Source: Auanema rhodensis
Taxonomy: Eukaryota > Animalia > Nematoda
DNA: 64,000 nt
Direction of reading: 5' to 3'
NCBI GenBank assembly: GCA_964057225.1
Contig: OZ059899.1
Span: 19,902,001 to 19,966,000 of the forward strand
In this document: positions 25,401 to 39,010 of the stretch, piece after piece
Numbering within the stretch: the first letter of the stretch is position 1
Layout of the letters: the number at the start of each line of letters is the position of its first letter
The notes under the pieces: generated by a model
The model's database searches: none
Told to the model about the DNA's origin: nothing
The model's input: the letters and a program-made list of their open reading frames with translations, nothing else
Translations under genes and position numbers: made by a program

Positions 25401-28400
25401 AAAATAATTTCGCAAAAAGTAAATGTTTTTAGATTCCTTTCTCCAAGGCAAAGACGATGGACAATGTTATTCAACGAAAAAATTAATTCTGCAGGGTGAA
25501 AATCGAGGATATAAGTGTGAACTTATATCAGTTGATATCTCGGTGCATTTTTAAGCTAGCGCAAATCTGATAACACAGATCGACGCAGCTTAAAAATCCG
25601 CATCGAATGCACTATACTACATTGAAAAACGCTTAATACAAAAATTAGTTATGATCGTTTGAAAAAAGATGCATTAGTGTATGTTGAGTTTCCATGTACA
25701 CTCAACATTGCTTCCAAAAACATTTTGACAAAAATTTTTCCGAAAAATTTCAAAATAATTTCGCAAAAAGTAGATGTTTTTAGATTCCTTTTTTCAAGGC
25801 AAAGACGATGGACAATGTTATTCAACGAAAAAATTAATTCTGCAGGGTGAAAATCGAGGATATAAGTGTGAACTTATATCAGTTGATATCTCGGTGCATT
25901 TTTAAGCTAGCGCAAATCTGATAACACAGATCGACGCAGCTTAAGAATCCGCATCGAATGCACTATACAACATTGAGAAACGCTTAATACAAAAATTAGT
26001 TATGATCGTTTGAAAAATGATGCATTATTGTATGTTGAGTTTCCATGTACACTCAACATTGCTTCCAAAAACATTTTTACAAAAATTTTTCCGAAAAATT
26101 TCAAAATAATTTCGCAAAAAGTAGATGTTTTTAGATTCCTTTTTTCAAGGCAAAGACGATGGACATTGTTATTCAACGAAAAAATTGATTCTGCAGGGTG
26201 AAAATCGAGGATATAAGTGTGAACTTATATCAGTTGATATCTCGGTGCATTTTTAAGCTAGCGCAAATCTGATAACACAGATCGACGCAGCTTAAGAATC
26301 CGCATCGAATGCACTATACAACATTGAGAAACGCTTAATACAAAAATTAGTTATGATCGTTTGAAAAATGATGCATTAGTGTATGTTGAGTTTCCATGTA
26401 CACTCAACATTGCTTCCAAAAACATTTTTACAAAAATTTTTCCGAAAAATTTCAAAATAATTTCGCAAAAAGTAGATGTTTTTAGATTCCTTTTTTCAAG
26501 GCAAAGACGATGGACATTGTTATTCAACGAAAAAATTGATTCTGCAGGGTGAAAATCGAGGATATAAGTGTGAACTTATATCAGTTGATATCTCGGTGCA
26601 TTTTTAAGCTAGCGCAAATCTAATAACACAGATCGACGCAGCTTAAAAATCCGCATCGAATGCACTATACAACATTGAGAAACGCTTAACACAAAAATTA
26701 GTTATGATCGTTTGAAAAATGATGCATTAGTGTATGTTGAGTTTCCATGTACACTCAACATTGCTTCCAAAAACATTTTGACAAAAATTTTTCCGAAAAA
26801 TTTCGAAATAATTTCGCAAAAAGTAGATGTTTTCAGATTCCTTTTTTCAAGGCAAAGACAATGGACATTGTTATTCAACGAAAAAATTGATTCTGCAGGG
26901 TGAAAATCGAGGATATAAGTGTGAACTTATATCAGTTGATATCTCGGTGCATTTTTAAGCTAACGCAAATCTGATAACACAGCTCGACGCAGCTTAAAAA
27001 TCCGCATCGAATGCACTATACAACATTGAGAAACGCTTAATACAAAAATTAGTTATGATCGTTTGAAAAATGATGCATTAGTGTATGTTGAGTTTCCATG
27101 TACACTCAACATTGCTTCCAAAAACATTTTGACAAAAATTTTTCCAAAAAATTTCAAAATAATTTCGCAAAAAGTAAATGTTTTTAGATTCCTTTCTCCA
27201 AGGCAAAGACGATGGATAATGTTATTCAACGAAAAAATTAATTCTGCAGGGTGAAAATCGAGGATATAAGTGTGAACTTATATCAGTTGATATCTCGGTG
27301 CATTTTTAAGCTAGCGCAAATCTGATAACACAGATCGACGCAGCTTAAAAATCCGCATCGAATGCACTATACAACATTGAAAAACGCTTAATACAAAAAT
27401 TAGTTATGATCGTTTGAAAAAAGATGCATTAGTGTATGTTGAGTTTCCATGTACACTCAACATTGCTTCCAAAAACATTTTGACAAAAATTTTTCCGAAA
27501 AATTTAAAAGTAATTTCGCAAAAAGTAGATGTTTTTAGATTCCTTTTTTCAAGGCAAAGACGATGGACATTGTTATTCAACGAAAAAATTGATTCTGCAG
27601 GGTGAAAATCGAGGATATAAGTGTGAACTTATATCAGTTGATATCTCGGTGCATTTTTAAGCTAGCGCAAATCTGATAACACAGATCGACGCAGCTTAAA
27701 AATCCGCATCGAATGCACTATACTACATTGAGAAACGCTTAATACAAAAATTAGTTATGATCGTTTGAAAAATGATGCATTAGTGTATGTTGAGTTTCCA
27801 TGTACACTCAACATTGCTTCCAAAAACATTTTTACAAAAATTTTTCCGAAAAATTTCGAAATAATTTCGCAGAAAGTAGATGTTTTTAGATTCCTTTTTT
27901 CAAGGCAAAGACGATGGACATTGTTATTCAACGAAAAAATTGATTCTGCAGGGTGAAAATCGAGGATATAAGTGTGAACTTATATCAGTTGATATCTCGG
28001 TGCATTTTTAAGCTAACGCAAATCTGATAACACAGCTCGACGCAGCTTAAAAATCCGCATCGAATGCACTATACAACATTGAGAAACGCTTAATACAAAA
28101 ATTAGTTATGATCGTTTGAAAAATGATGCATTAGTGTATGTTGAGTTTCCATGTACACTCAACATTGCTTCCAAAAACATTTTGACAAAAATTTTTCCAA
28201 AAAATTTCAAAATAATTTCGCAAAAAGTAAATGTTTTTAGATTCCTTTCTCCAAGGCAAAGACGATGGACAATGTTATTCAACGAAAAAATTAATTCTGC
28301 AGGGTGAAAATCGAGGATATAAGTGTGAACTTATATCAGTTGATATCTCGGTGCATTTTTAAGCTAGCGCAAATCTGATAACACAGATCGACGCAGCTTA

Positions 28401-30221
28401 AAAATCCGCATCGAATGCACTATACTACATTGAAAAACGCTTAATACAAAAATTAGTTATGATCGTTTGAAAAAAGATGCATTAGTGTATGTTGAGTTTC
28501 CATGTACACTCAACATTGCTTCCAAAAACATTTTGACAAAAATTTTTCCGAAAAATTTCAAAATAATTTCGCAAAAAGTAGATGTTTTTAGATTCCTTTT
28601 TTCAAGGCAAAGACGATGGACAATGTTATTCAACGAAAAAATTAATTCTGCAGGGTGAAAATCGAGGATATAAGTGTGAACTTATATCAGTTGATATCTC
28701 GGTGCATTTTTAAGCTAGCGCAAATCTGATAACACAGATCGACGCAGCTTAAGAATCCGCATCGAATGCACTATACAACATTGAGAAACGCTTAATACAA
28801 AAATTAGTTATGATCGTTTGAAAAATGATGCATTATTGTATGTTGAGTTTCCATGTACACTCAACATTGCTTCCAAAAACATTTTTACAAAAATTTTTCC
28901 GAAAAATTTCAAAATAATTTCGCAAAAAGTAGATGTTTTTAGATTCCTTTTTTCAAGGCAAAGACGATGGACATTGTTATTCAACGAAAAAATTGATTCT
29001 GCAGGGTGAAAATCGAGGATATAAGTGTGAACTTATATCAGTTGATATCTCGGTGCATTTTTAAGCTAGCGCAAATCTGATAACACAGATCGACGCAGCT
29101 TAAAAATCCGCATCGAATGCACTATACAACATTGAAAAACGCTTAATACAAAAATTAGTTATGATCGTTTGAAAAAAGATGCATTAGTGTATGTTGAGTT
29201 TCCATGTACACTCAACATTGCTTCCAAAAACATTTTGACAAAAATTTTTCCGAAAAATTTCAAAATAATTTCGCAAAAAGTAGATGTTTTTAGATTCCTT
29301 TTTTCAAGGCAAAGACGATGGACATTGTTATTCAACGAAAAAATTGATTCTGCAGGGTGAAAATCGAGGATATAAGTGTGAACTTATATCAGTTGATATC
29401 TCGGTGCATTTTTAAGCTAGCGCAAATCTGATAACACAGATCGACGCAGCTTAAAAATCCGCATCGAATGCACTATACTACATTGAGAAACGCTTAATAC
29501 AAAAATTAGTTATGATCGTTTGAAAAATGATGCATTAGTGTATGTTGAGTTTCCATGTACACTCAACATTGCTTCCAAAAACATTTTTACAAAAATTTTT
29601 CCGAAAAATTTCGAAATAATTTCGCAAAAAGTAGATGTTTTTAGATTCTTTTTTTCAAGGCAAAGACGATGGACATTGTTATTCAACGAAAAAATTGATT
29701 CTGCAGGGTGAAAATCGAGGATATAAGTGTGAACTTATATCAGTTGATATCTCGGTGCATTTTTAAGCTAGCGCAAATCTGATAACACAGATCGACGCAG
29801 CTTAAAAATCCGCATCGAATGCACTATACTACATTGAGAAACGCTTAATACAAAAATTAGTTATGATCGTTTGAAAAATGATGCATTAGTGTATGTTGAG
29901 TTTCCATGTACACTCAACATTGCTTCCAAAAACATTTTTACAAAAATTTTTCCGAAAAATTTCGAAATAATTTCGCAAAAAGTAGATGTTTTTAGATTCC
30001 TTTTTTCAAGGCAAAGACGATGGACATTGTTATTCAACGAAAAAATTGATTCTGCAGGGTGAAAATCGAGGATATAAGTGTGAACTTATATCAGTTGATA
30101 TCTCGGTGCATTTTTAAGCTAGCGCAAATCTGATAACACAGATCGACGCAGCTTAAAAATCCGCATCGAATGCACTATACTACATTGAAAAACGCTTAAT
30201 ACAAAAATTAGTTATGATCGT

Positions 30222-30495
30222 TTGAAAAAAGATGCATTAGTGTATGTTGAGTTTCCATGTACACTCAACATTGCTTCCAAAAACATTTTGACAAAAATTT
30301 TTCCAAAAAATTTCAAAATAATTTCGCAAAAAGTAAATGTTTTTAGATTCCTTTTTTCAAGGCAAAGACGATGGACAATGTTATTGAACGAAAAAATGTC
30401 CATCGTCTTTGCCTTGAAAAAAGGAATCTGAAAACATCTACTTTTTGCGAAATTATTTCGAAATTTTTCGGAAAAATTTTAGTGTATGTTGAGTT
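30222..30495. repeat. Rearranged 264-bp monomer with internal inversion (copy 1); 84-bp arms at 30294-30377 and 30397-30480
   Basis: 30395-30480 is the reverse complement of monomer sequence aaaatttttccg...gatggacatt. A duplicated ttagtgtatgttgagtt follows, and the array resumes at 30496. 185 bp are replaced by 98 bp. Confidence 0.95.
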
Positions 30496-32591
30496 ATGCA
30501 TTAGTGTATGTTGAGTTTCCATGTACACTCAACATTGCTTCCAAAAACATTTTGACAAAAATTTTTCCGAAAAATTTCAAAATAATTTCGCAAAAAGTAG
30601 ATGTTTTTAGATTCCTTTTTTCAAGGCAAAGACGATGGACAATGTTATTCAACGAAAAAATTAATTCTGCAGGGTGAAAATCGAGGATATAAGTGTGAAC
30701 TTATATCAGTTGATATCTCGGTGCATTTTTAAGCTAGCGCAAATCTGATAACACAGATCGACGCAGCTTAAAAATCCGCATCGAATGCACTATACTACAT
30801 TGAAAAACGCTTAATACAAAAATTAGTTATGATCGTTTGAAAAAAGATGCATTAGTGTATGTTGAGTTTCCATGTACACTCAACATTGCTTCCAAAAACA
30901 TTTTGACAAAAATTTTTCCGAAAAATTTCAAAATAATTTCGCAAAAAGTAGATGTTTTTAGATTCCTTTTTTCAAGGCAAAGATGATGGACATTGTTATT
31001 CAACGAAAAAATTGATTCTGCAGGGTGAAAATCGAGGATATAAGTGTGAACTTATATCAGTTGATATCTCGGTGCATTTTTAAGCTAGCGCAAATCTGAT
31101 AACACAGATCGACGCAGCTTAAAATTCCGCATCGAATGCACTATACTACATTGAGAAACGCTTAATACAAAAATTAGTTATGATCGTTTGAAAAATGATG
31201 CATTAGTGTATGTTGAGTTTCCATGTACACTCAACATTGCTTCCAAAAACATTTTTACAAAAATTTTTCCGAAAAATTTCGAAATAATTTCGCAAAAAGT
31301 AGATGTTTTTAGATTCTTTTTTTCAAGGCAAAGACGATGGACATTGTTATTCAACGAAAAAATTGATTCTGCAGGGTGAAAATCGAGGATATAAGTGTGA
31401 ACTTATATCAGTTGATATCTCGGTGCATTTTTAAGCTAACGCAAATCTGATAACACAGCTCGACGCAGCTTAAAAATCCGCATCGAATGCACTATACAAC
31501 ATTGAGAAACGCTTAATACAAAAATTAGTTATGATCGTTTGAAAAAAGATGCATTAGTGTATGTTGAGTTTCCATGTACACTCAACATTGCTTCCAAAAA
31601 CATTTTGACAAAAATTTTTCCGAAAAATTTCAAAATAATTTCGCAAAAAGTAGATGTTTTTAGATTCCTTTTTTCAAGGCGAAGACGATGGACAATGTTA
31701 TTCAACGAAAAAATTAATTCTGCAGGGTGAAAATCGAGGATATAAGTGTGAACTTATATCAGTTGATATCTCGGTGCATTTTTAAGCTAGCGCAAATCTG
31801 ATAACACAGATCGACGCAGCTTAAAAATCCGCATCGAATGCACTATACTACATTGAAAAACGCTTAATACAAAAATTAGTTATGATCGTTTGAAAAAAGA
31901 TGCATTAGTGTATGTTGAGTTTCCATGTACACTCAACATTGCTTCCAAAAACATTTTGACAAAAATTTTTCCGAAAAATTTCAAAATAATTTCGCAAAAA
32001 GTAGATGTTTTTAGATTCCTTTTTTCAAGGCAAAGATGATGGACATTGTTATTCAACGAAAAAATTGATTCTGCAGGGTGAAAATCGAGGATATAAGTGT
32101 GAACTTATATCAGTTGATATCTCGGTGCATTTTTAAGCTAGCGCAAATCTGATAACACAGATCGACGCAGCTTAAAAATCCGCATCGAATGCACTATACT
32201 ACATTGAGAAACGCTTAATACAAAAATTAGTTATGATCGTTTGAAAAATGATGCATTAGTGTATGTTGAGTTTCCATGTACACTCAACATTGCTTCCAAA
32301 AACATTTTGACAAAAATTTTTCCGAAAAATTTCGAAATAATTTCGCAAAAAGTAGATGTTTTTAGATTCCTTTTTTCAAGGCAAAGACGATGGACATTGT
32401 TATTCAACGAAAAAATTGATTCTGCAGGGTGAAAATCGAGGATATAAGTGTGAACTTATATCAGTTGATATCTCGGTGCATTTTTAAGCTAGCGCAAATC
32501 TGATAACACAGATCGACGCAGCTTAAAAATCCGCATCGAATGCACTATACTACATTGAAAAACGCTTAATACAAAAATTAGTTATGATCGT

Positions 32592-32865
32592 TTGAAAAAA
32601 GATGCATTAGTGTATGTTGAGTTTCCATGTACACTCAACATTGCTTCCAAAAACATTTTGACAAAAATTTTTCCAAAAAATTTCAAAATAATTTCGCAAA
32701 AAGTAAATGTTTTTAGATTCCTTTTTTCAAGGCAAAGACGATGGACAATGTTATTGAACGAAAAAATGTCCATCGTCTTTGCCTTGAAAAAAGGAATCTG
32801 AAAACATCTACTTTTTGCGAAATTATTTCGAAATTTTTCGGAAAAATTTTAGTGTATGTTGAGTT
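32592..32865. repeat. Rearranged 264-bp monomer with internal inversion (copy 2)
   Basis: Same junction sequence as copy 1; inversion starts at 32765. Confidence 0.95.
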
Positions 32866-33908
32866 ATGCATTAGTGTATGTTGAGTTTCCATGTACACTC
32901 AACATTGCTTCCAAAAACATTTTGACAAAAATTTTTCCGAAAAATTTCAAAATAATTTCGCAAAAAGTAGATGTTTTTAGATTCCTTTTTTCAAGGCAAA
33001 GACTATGGACAATGTTATTCAACGAAAAAATTAATTCTGCAGGGTGAAAATCGAGGATATAAGTGTGAACTTATATCAGTTGATATCTCGGTGCATTTTT
33101 AAGCTAGCGCAAATCTGATAACACAGATCGACGCAGCTTAAAAATCCGCATCGAATGCACTATACTACATTGAGAAACGCTTAATACAAAAATTAGTTAT
33201 GATCGTTTGAAAAAAGATGCATTAGTGTATGTTGAGTTTCCATGTACACTCAACATTGCTTCCAAAAACATTTTGACAAAAATTTTTCCGAAAAATTTCA
33301 AAATAATTTCGCAAAAAGTAGATGTTTTTAGATTCCTTTTTTCAAGGCAAAGATGATGGACATTGTTATTCAACGAAAAAATTGATTCTGCAGGGTGAAA
33401 ATCGAGGATATAAGTGTGAACTTATATCAGTTGATATCTCGGTGCATTTTTAAGCTAGCGCAAATCTGATAACACAGATCGACGCAGCTTAAAAATCCGC
33501 ATCGAATGCACTATACTACATTGAGAAACGCTTAATACAAAAATTAGTTATGATCGTTTGAAAAATGATGCATTAGTGTATGTTGAGTTTCCATGTACAC
33601 TCAACATTGCTTCCAAAAACATTTTGACAAAAATTTTTCCGAAAAATTTCGAAATAATTTCGCAAAAAGTAGATGTTTTTAGATTCCTTTTTTCAAGGCA
33701 AAGACGATGGACATTGTTATTCAACGAAAAAATTGATTCTGCAGGGTGAAAATCGAGGATATAAGTGTGAACTTATATCAGTTGATATCTCGGTGCATTT
33801 TTAAGCTAGCGCAAATCTGATAACACAGATCGACGCAGCTTAAAAATCCGCATCGAATGCACTATACTACATTGAAAAACGCTTAATACAAAAATTAGTT
33901 ATGATCGT

Positions 33909-34182
33909 TTGAAAAAAGATGCATTAGTGTATGTTGAGTTTCCATGTACACTCAACATTGCTTCCAAAAACATTTTGACAAAAATTTTTCCAAAAAATTT
34001 CAAAATAATTTCGCAAAAAGTAAATGTTTTTAGATTCCTTTTTTCAAGGCAAAGACGATGGACAATGTTATTGAACGAAAAAATGTCCATCGTCTTTGCC
34101 TTGAAAAAAGGAATCTGAAAACATCTACTTTTTGCGAAATTATTTCGAAATTTTTCGGAAAAATTTTAGTGTATGTTGAGTT
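33909..34182. repeat. Rearranged 264-bp monomer with internal inversion (copy 3)
   Basis: Same junction sequence; inversion starts at 34082. Confidence 0.95.
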
Positions 34183-37100
34183 ATGCATTAGTGTATGTTG
34201 AGTTTCCATGTACACTCAACATTGCTTCCAAAAACATTTTGACAAAAATTTTTCCGAAAAATTTCAAAATAATTTCGCAAAAAGTAGATGTTTTTAGATT
34301 CCTTTTTTTCAAGGCAAAGACTATGGACAATGTTATTCAACGAAAAAATTAATTCTGCAGGGTGAAAATCGAGGATATAAGTGTGAACTTATATCAGTTG
34401 ATATCTCGGTGCATTTTTAAGCTAGCGCAAATCTGATAACACAGATCGACGCAGCTTAAAAATCCGCATCGAATGCACTATACTACATTGAAAAACGCTT
34501 AATACAAAAATTAGTTATGATCGTTTGAAAAAAGATGCATTAGTGTATGTTGAGTTTCCATGTACACTCAACATTGCTTCCAAAAACATTTTGACAAAAA
34601 TTTTTCCGAAAAATTTCAAAATAATTTCGCAAAAAGTAGATGTTTTTAGATTCCTTTTTTCAAGGCAAAGATGATGGACATTGTTATTCAACGAAAAAAT
34701 TGATTCTGCAGGGTGAAAATCGAGGATATAAGTGTGAACTTATATCAGTTGATATCTCGGTGCATTTTTAAGCTAGCGCAAATCTGATAACACAGATCGA
34801 CGCAGCTTAAAAATCCGCATCGAATGCACTATACTACATTGAGAAACGCTTAATACAAAAATTAGTTATGATCGTTTGAAAAATGATGCATTAGTGTATG
34901 TTGAGTTTCCATGTACACTCAACATTGCTTCCAAAAACATTTTTACAAAAATTTTTCCGAAAAATTTCGAAATAATTTCGCAAAAAGTAGATGTTTTTAG
35001 ATTCTTTTTTACAAGGCAAAGACGATGGACATTGTTATTCAACGAAAAAATTGATTCTGCAGGGTGAAAATCGAGGATATAAGTGTGAACTTATATCAGT
35101 TGATATCTCGGTGCATTTTTAAGCTAACGCAAATCTGATAACACAGCTCGACGCAGCTTAAAAATCCGCATCGAATGCACTATACAACATTGAGAAACGC
35201 TTAATACAAAAATTAGTTATGATCGTTTGAAAAATAATGCATTAGTGTATGTTGAGTTTCCATGTACACTCAACATTGCTTCCAAAAACATTTTGACAAA
35301 AATTTTTCCAAAAAATTTCAAAATAATTTCGCAAAAAGTAAATGTTTTTAGATTCCTTTCTCCAAGGCAAAGACGATGGACAATGTTATTCAACGAAAAA
35401 ATTAATTCTGCAGGGTGAAAATCGAGGATATAAGTGTGAACTTATATCAGTTGATATCTCGGTGCATTTTTAAGCTAGCGCAAATCTGATAACACAGATC
35501 GACGCAGCTTAAAAATCCGCATCGAATGCACTATACTACATTGAAAAACGCTTAATACAAAAATTAGTTATGATCGTTTGAAAAAAGATGCATTAGTGTA
35601 TGTTGAGTTTCCATGTACACTCAACATTGCTTCCAAAAACATTTTTACAAAAATTTTTCCGAAAAATTTCAAAATAATTTCGCAAAAAGTAGATGTTTTT
35701 AGATTCCTTTTTTCAAGGCAAAGACGATGGACAATGTTATTCAACGAAAAAATTGATTCTGCAGGGTGAAAATCGAGGATATAAGTGTGAACTTATATCA
35801 GTTGATATCTCGGTGCATTTTTAAGCTAGCGCAAATCTGATAACACAGCTCGACGCAGCTTAAAAATCCGCATCGAATGCACTATACAACATTGAGAAAC
35901 GCTTAATACAAAAATTAGTTATGATCGTTTGAAAAATAATGCATTAGTGTATGTTGAGTTTCCATGTACACTCAACATTGCTTCCAAAAACATTTTGACA
36001 AAAATTTTTCCAAAAAATTTCAAAATAATTTCGCAAAAAGTAAATGTTTTTAGATTCCTTTCTCCAAGGCAAAGACGATGGACAATGTTATTCAACGAAA
36101 AAATTAATTCTGCAGGGTGAAAATCGAGGATATAAGTGTGAACTTATATCAGTTGATATCTCGGTGCATTTTTAAGCTAGCGCAAATCTGATAACACAGA
36201 TCGACGCAGCTTAAAAATCCGCATCGAATGCACTATACTACATTGAAAAACGCTTAATACAAAAATTAGTTATGATCGTTTGAAAAAAGATGCATTAGTG
36301 TATGTTGAGTTTCCATGTACACTCAACATTGCTTCCAAAAACATTTTGACAAAAATTTTTCCGAAAAATTTCAAAATAATTTCGCAAAAAGTAGATGTTT
36401 TTAGATTCCTTTTTTCAAGGCAAAGACGATGGACAATGTTATTCAACGAAAAAATTAATTCTGCAGGGTGAAAATCGAGGATATAAGTGTGAACTTATAT
36501 CAGTTGATATCTCGGTGCATTTTTAAGCTAGCGCAAATCTGATAACACAGATCGACGCAGCTTAAAAATCCGCATCGAATGCACTATACTACATTGAAAA
36601 ACGCTTAATACAAAAATTAGTTATGATCGTTTGAAAAAAGATGCATTAGTGTATGTTGAGTTTCCATGTACACTCAACATTGCTTCCAAAAACATTTTGA
36701 CAAAAATTTTTCCGAAAAATTTCAAAATAATTTCGCAAAAAGTAGATGTTTTTAGATTCCTTTTTTCAAGGCAAAGATGATGGACATTGTTATTCAACGA
36801 AAAAATTGATTCTGCAGGGTGAAAATCGAGGATATATGTGTGAACTTATATCAGTTGATATCTCGGTGCATTTTTAAGCTAGCGCAAATCTGATAACACA
36901 GATCGACGCAGCTTAAAAATCCGCATCGAATGCACTATACTACATTGAGAAACGCTTAATACAAAAATTAGTTATGATCGTTTGAAAAATGATGCATTAG
37001 TGTATGTTGAGTTTCCATGTACACTCAACATTGCTTCCAAAAACATTTTGACAAAAATTTTTCCGAAAAATTTCAAAATAATTTCGCAAAAAGTAGATGT

Positions 37101-38736
37101 TTTTAGATTCCTTTTTTCAAGGCAAAGATGATGGACATTGTTATTCAACGAAAAAATTGATTCTGCAGGGTGAAAATCGAGGATATAAGTGTGAACTTAT
37201 ATCAGTTGATATCTCGGTGCATTTTTAAGCTAGCGCAAATCTGATAACACAGATCGACGCAGCTTAAAAATCCGCATCGAATGCACTATACTACATTGAG
37301 AAACGCTTAATACAAAAATTAGTTATGATCGTTTGAAAAATGATGCATTAGTGTATGTTGAGTTTCCATGTACACTCAACATTGCTTCCAAAAACATTTT
37401 TACAAAAATTTTTCCGAAAAATTTCGAAATAATTTCGCAAAAAGTAGATGTTTTTAGATTCCTTTTTTCAAGGCAAAGACGATGGACATTGTTATTCAAC
37501 GAAAAAATTGATTCTGCAGGGTGAAAATCGAGGATATAAGTGTGAACTTATATCAGTTGATATCTCGGTGCATTTTTAAGCTAACGCAAATCTGATAACA
37601 CAGCTCGACGCAGCTTAAAAATCCGCATCGAATGCACTATACAACATTGAGAAAAGCTTAATACAAAAATTAGTTATGATCGTTTGAAAAATAATGCATT
37701 AGTGTATGTTGAGTTTCCATGTACACTCAACATTGCTTCCAAAAACATTTTGACAAAAATTTTTCCAAAAAATTTCAAAATAATTTCGCAAAAAGTAAAT
37801 GTTTTTAGATTCCTTTCTCCAAGGCAAAGACGATGGACAATGTTATTCAACGAAAAAATTGATTCTGCAGGGTGAAAATCGAGGATATAAGTGTGAACTT
37901 ATATCAGTTGATATCTCGGTGCATTTTTAAGCTAGCGCAAATCTGATAACACAGATCGACGCAGCTTAAAAATCCGCATCGAATGCACTATACAACATTG
38001 AGAAACGCTTAATACAAAAATTAGTTATGATCGTTTGAAAAAAGATGCATTAGTGTATGTTGAGTTTCCATGTACACTCAACATTGCTTCCAAAAACATT
38101 TTGACAAAAATTTTTCCGAAAAATTTCAAAATAATTTCGCAAAAAGTAGATGTTTTTAGATTTCTTTTTTCAAGGCAAAGACGATGGACAATGTTATTCA
38201 ACGAAAAAATTAATTCTGCAGGGTGAAAATCGAGGATATAAGTGTGAACTTATATCAGTTGATATCTCGGTGCATTTTTAAGCTAGCGCAAATCTGATAA
38301 CACAGATCGACGCAGCTTAAAAATCCGCATCGAATGCACTATACTACATTGAAAAACGCTTAATACAAAAATTAGTTATGATCGTTTGAAAAAAGATGCA
38401 TTAGTGTATGTTGAGTTTCCATGTACACTCAACATTGCTTCCAAAAACATTTTGACAAAAATTTTTCCAAAAAATTTCAAAATAATTTCGCAAAAAGTAA
38501 ATGTTTTTAGATTCCTTTCTCCAAGGCAAAGACGATGGACAATGTTATTCAACGAAAAAATTAATTCTGCAGGGTGAAAATCGAGGATATAAGTGTGAAC
38601 TTATATCAGTTGATATCTCGGTGCATTTTTAAGCTAGCGCAAATCTGATAACACAGATCGACGCAGCTTAAAAATCCGCATCGAATGCACTATACTACAT
38701 TGAAAAACGCTTAATACAAAAATTAGTTATGATCGT

Positions 38737-39010
38737 TTGAAAAAAGATGCATTAGTGTATGTTGAGTTTCCATGTACACTCAACATTGCTTCCAAAAACA
38801 TTTTGACAAAAATTTTTCCAAAAAATTTCAAAATAATTTCGCAAAAAGTAAATGTTTTTAGATTCCTTTTTTCAAGGCAAAGACGATGGACAATGTTATT
38901 GAACGAAAAAATGTCCATCGTCTTTGCCTTGAAAAAAGGAATCTGAAAACATCTACTTTTTGCGAAATTATTTCGAAATTTTTCGGAAAAATTTTAGTGT
39001 ATGTTGAGTT
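38737..39010. repeat. Rearranged 264-bp monomer with internal inversion (copy 4)
   Basis: Same junction sequence; inversion starts at 38910. Confidence 0.95.
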
